From the NCBI GenBank assembly GCA_024137785.1, contig JAHRHZ010000141.1, positions 1,025,064 through 1,089,063 of the forward strand: a stretch of DNA of 64,000 nucleotides, read 5' to 3'. This document shows, one piece after another, positions 63,307 to 64,000 of this stretch. This DNA comes from Ginglymostoma cirratum. Lineage: Eukaryota. A program made the translations under genes and the position numbers. How positions within the stretch are numbered: the stretch's first letter is position 1; each line of letters begins with the position of its first letter. Under the pieces are notes generated by a model that was not told the origin of the DNA, searched no databases, and saw only the letters and a list, made by a program, of their open reading frames with translations.

Positions 63307-64000
63307 TGCCCCTTAAGTAATTAAGTCATCATTAAAATAGGTTTCAATGCTTCTTTCATGCTTTATATTTAGTTTTTTGTCATATTTTCTCTGCTGCTAA
63401 TTTGAAATATTATTTACCGTTTCTTTCAATTGAAATATTCTATATTATTCCGCTGTATTTCGTGTTCTATATTTATTTTCTCGATATGTCTTCCCACATT
63501 TGTAGCAACTTGTGAGATATCTCAATTATAGCAGTTCATTGATATTTGCCAACATCTTGATCAAAGTTCAAACATTATTATTCGAGAATTAAATTGGATT
63601 ATTGCGTAACTAACCGTCACTAACAGATGATAATGCGCATCTGAATGTATTCATTAATTCAACTTTAGGACCTTTCAACTTTATATTATTTCCGAATGTG
63701 TCCTAAATATGCAATCTTCATCCAAAGTACCAAGCTACTGGAGAAGGAACCAATCATAAAAATGCCACAGGCCACCACAATAGCCCAGAATTTGTCTAAT
63801 TATCTTTTCTTGTTCTTTCGGAAAATAAAACATTCCACCCAAAATAAAATATTCAATCACATTGGAGAACACCATGAACTACAATATCACAGAAGATGTA
63901 ACGGTTATGCAATGCTTAAAACAGGAGGAGAAATCCAAAAACAGAATCAAGTGACCACCAACTGCCATTTACTAAACATATTTAAAATAGTCCAATCTGT

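Noticed and set aside
1-64000. Most short ORFs in the six-frame track as genes
   Set aside because: They are chance ORFs, often with non-ATG starts, or frames of decayed retroelements; none has a recognisable host domain.

Overview
This is AT-rich, repeat-dense vertebrate DNA. HE1/V-SINE-type SINEs and their CR1 partner LINEs suggest a cartilaginous fish (shark/ray); that assignment is inference from recalled consensus sequences. No intact host protein-coding gene is recognisable. The main feature is a full-length but decayed class I (gamma/epsilon-like) endogenous retrovirus at 2148-11136 (+). It has two ~686-bp LTRs, a 5-bp TSD (CTGTT), a tRNA-Ser PBS, a PPT and pseudogenised gag, pro-pol and env. 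Between protease and RT it carries an extra ~170-codon domain with two His motifs that resembles the CNPase-type 2H phosphodiesterase, the most notable signal here. The rest is a mosaic of CR1 LINE fragments, an L2/CR1-group LINE with its tail-sharing SINE, and HE1-like SINEs. Penelope-like elements (PLEs) have tails holding minimal hammerhead ribozyme cores; one forms a ~1-kb fold-back with a ~16-bp TSD. A very old Ty3/gypsy relic has the Gmr1-type integrase-before-RT order. There is also an (AAT)n microsatellite, two N gaps and one possible host exon (-, starting 24981). Family names and boundaries of old repeats are by-eye estimates, not database results.
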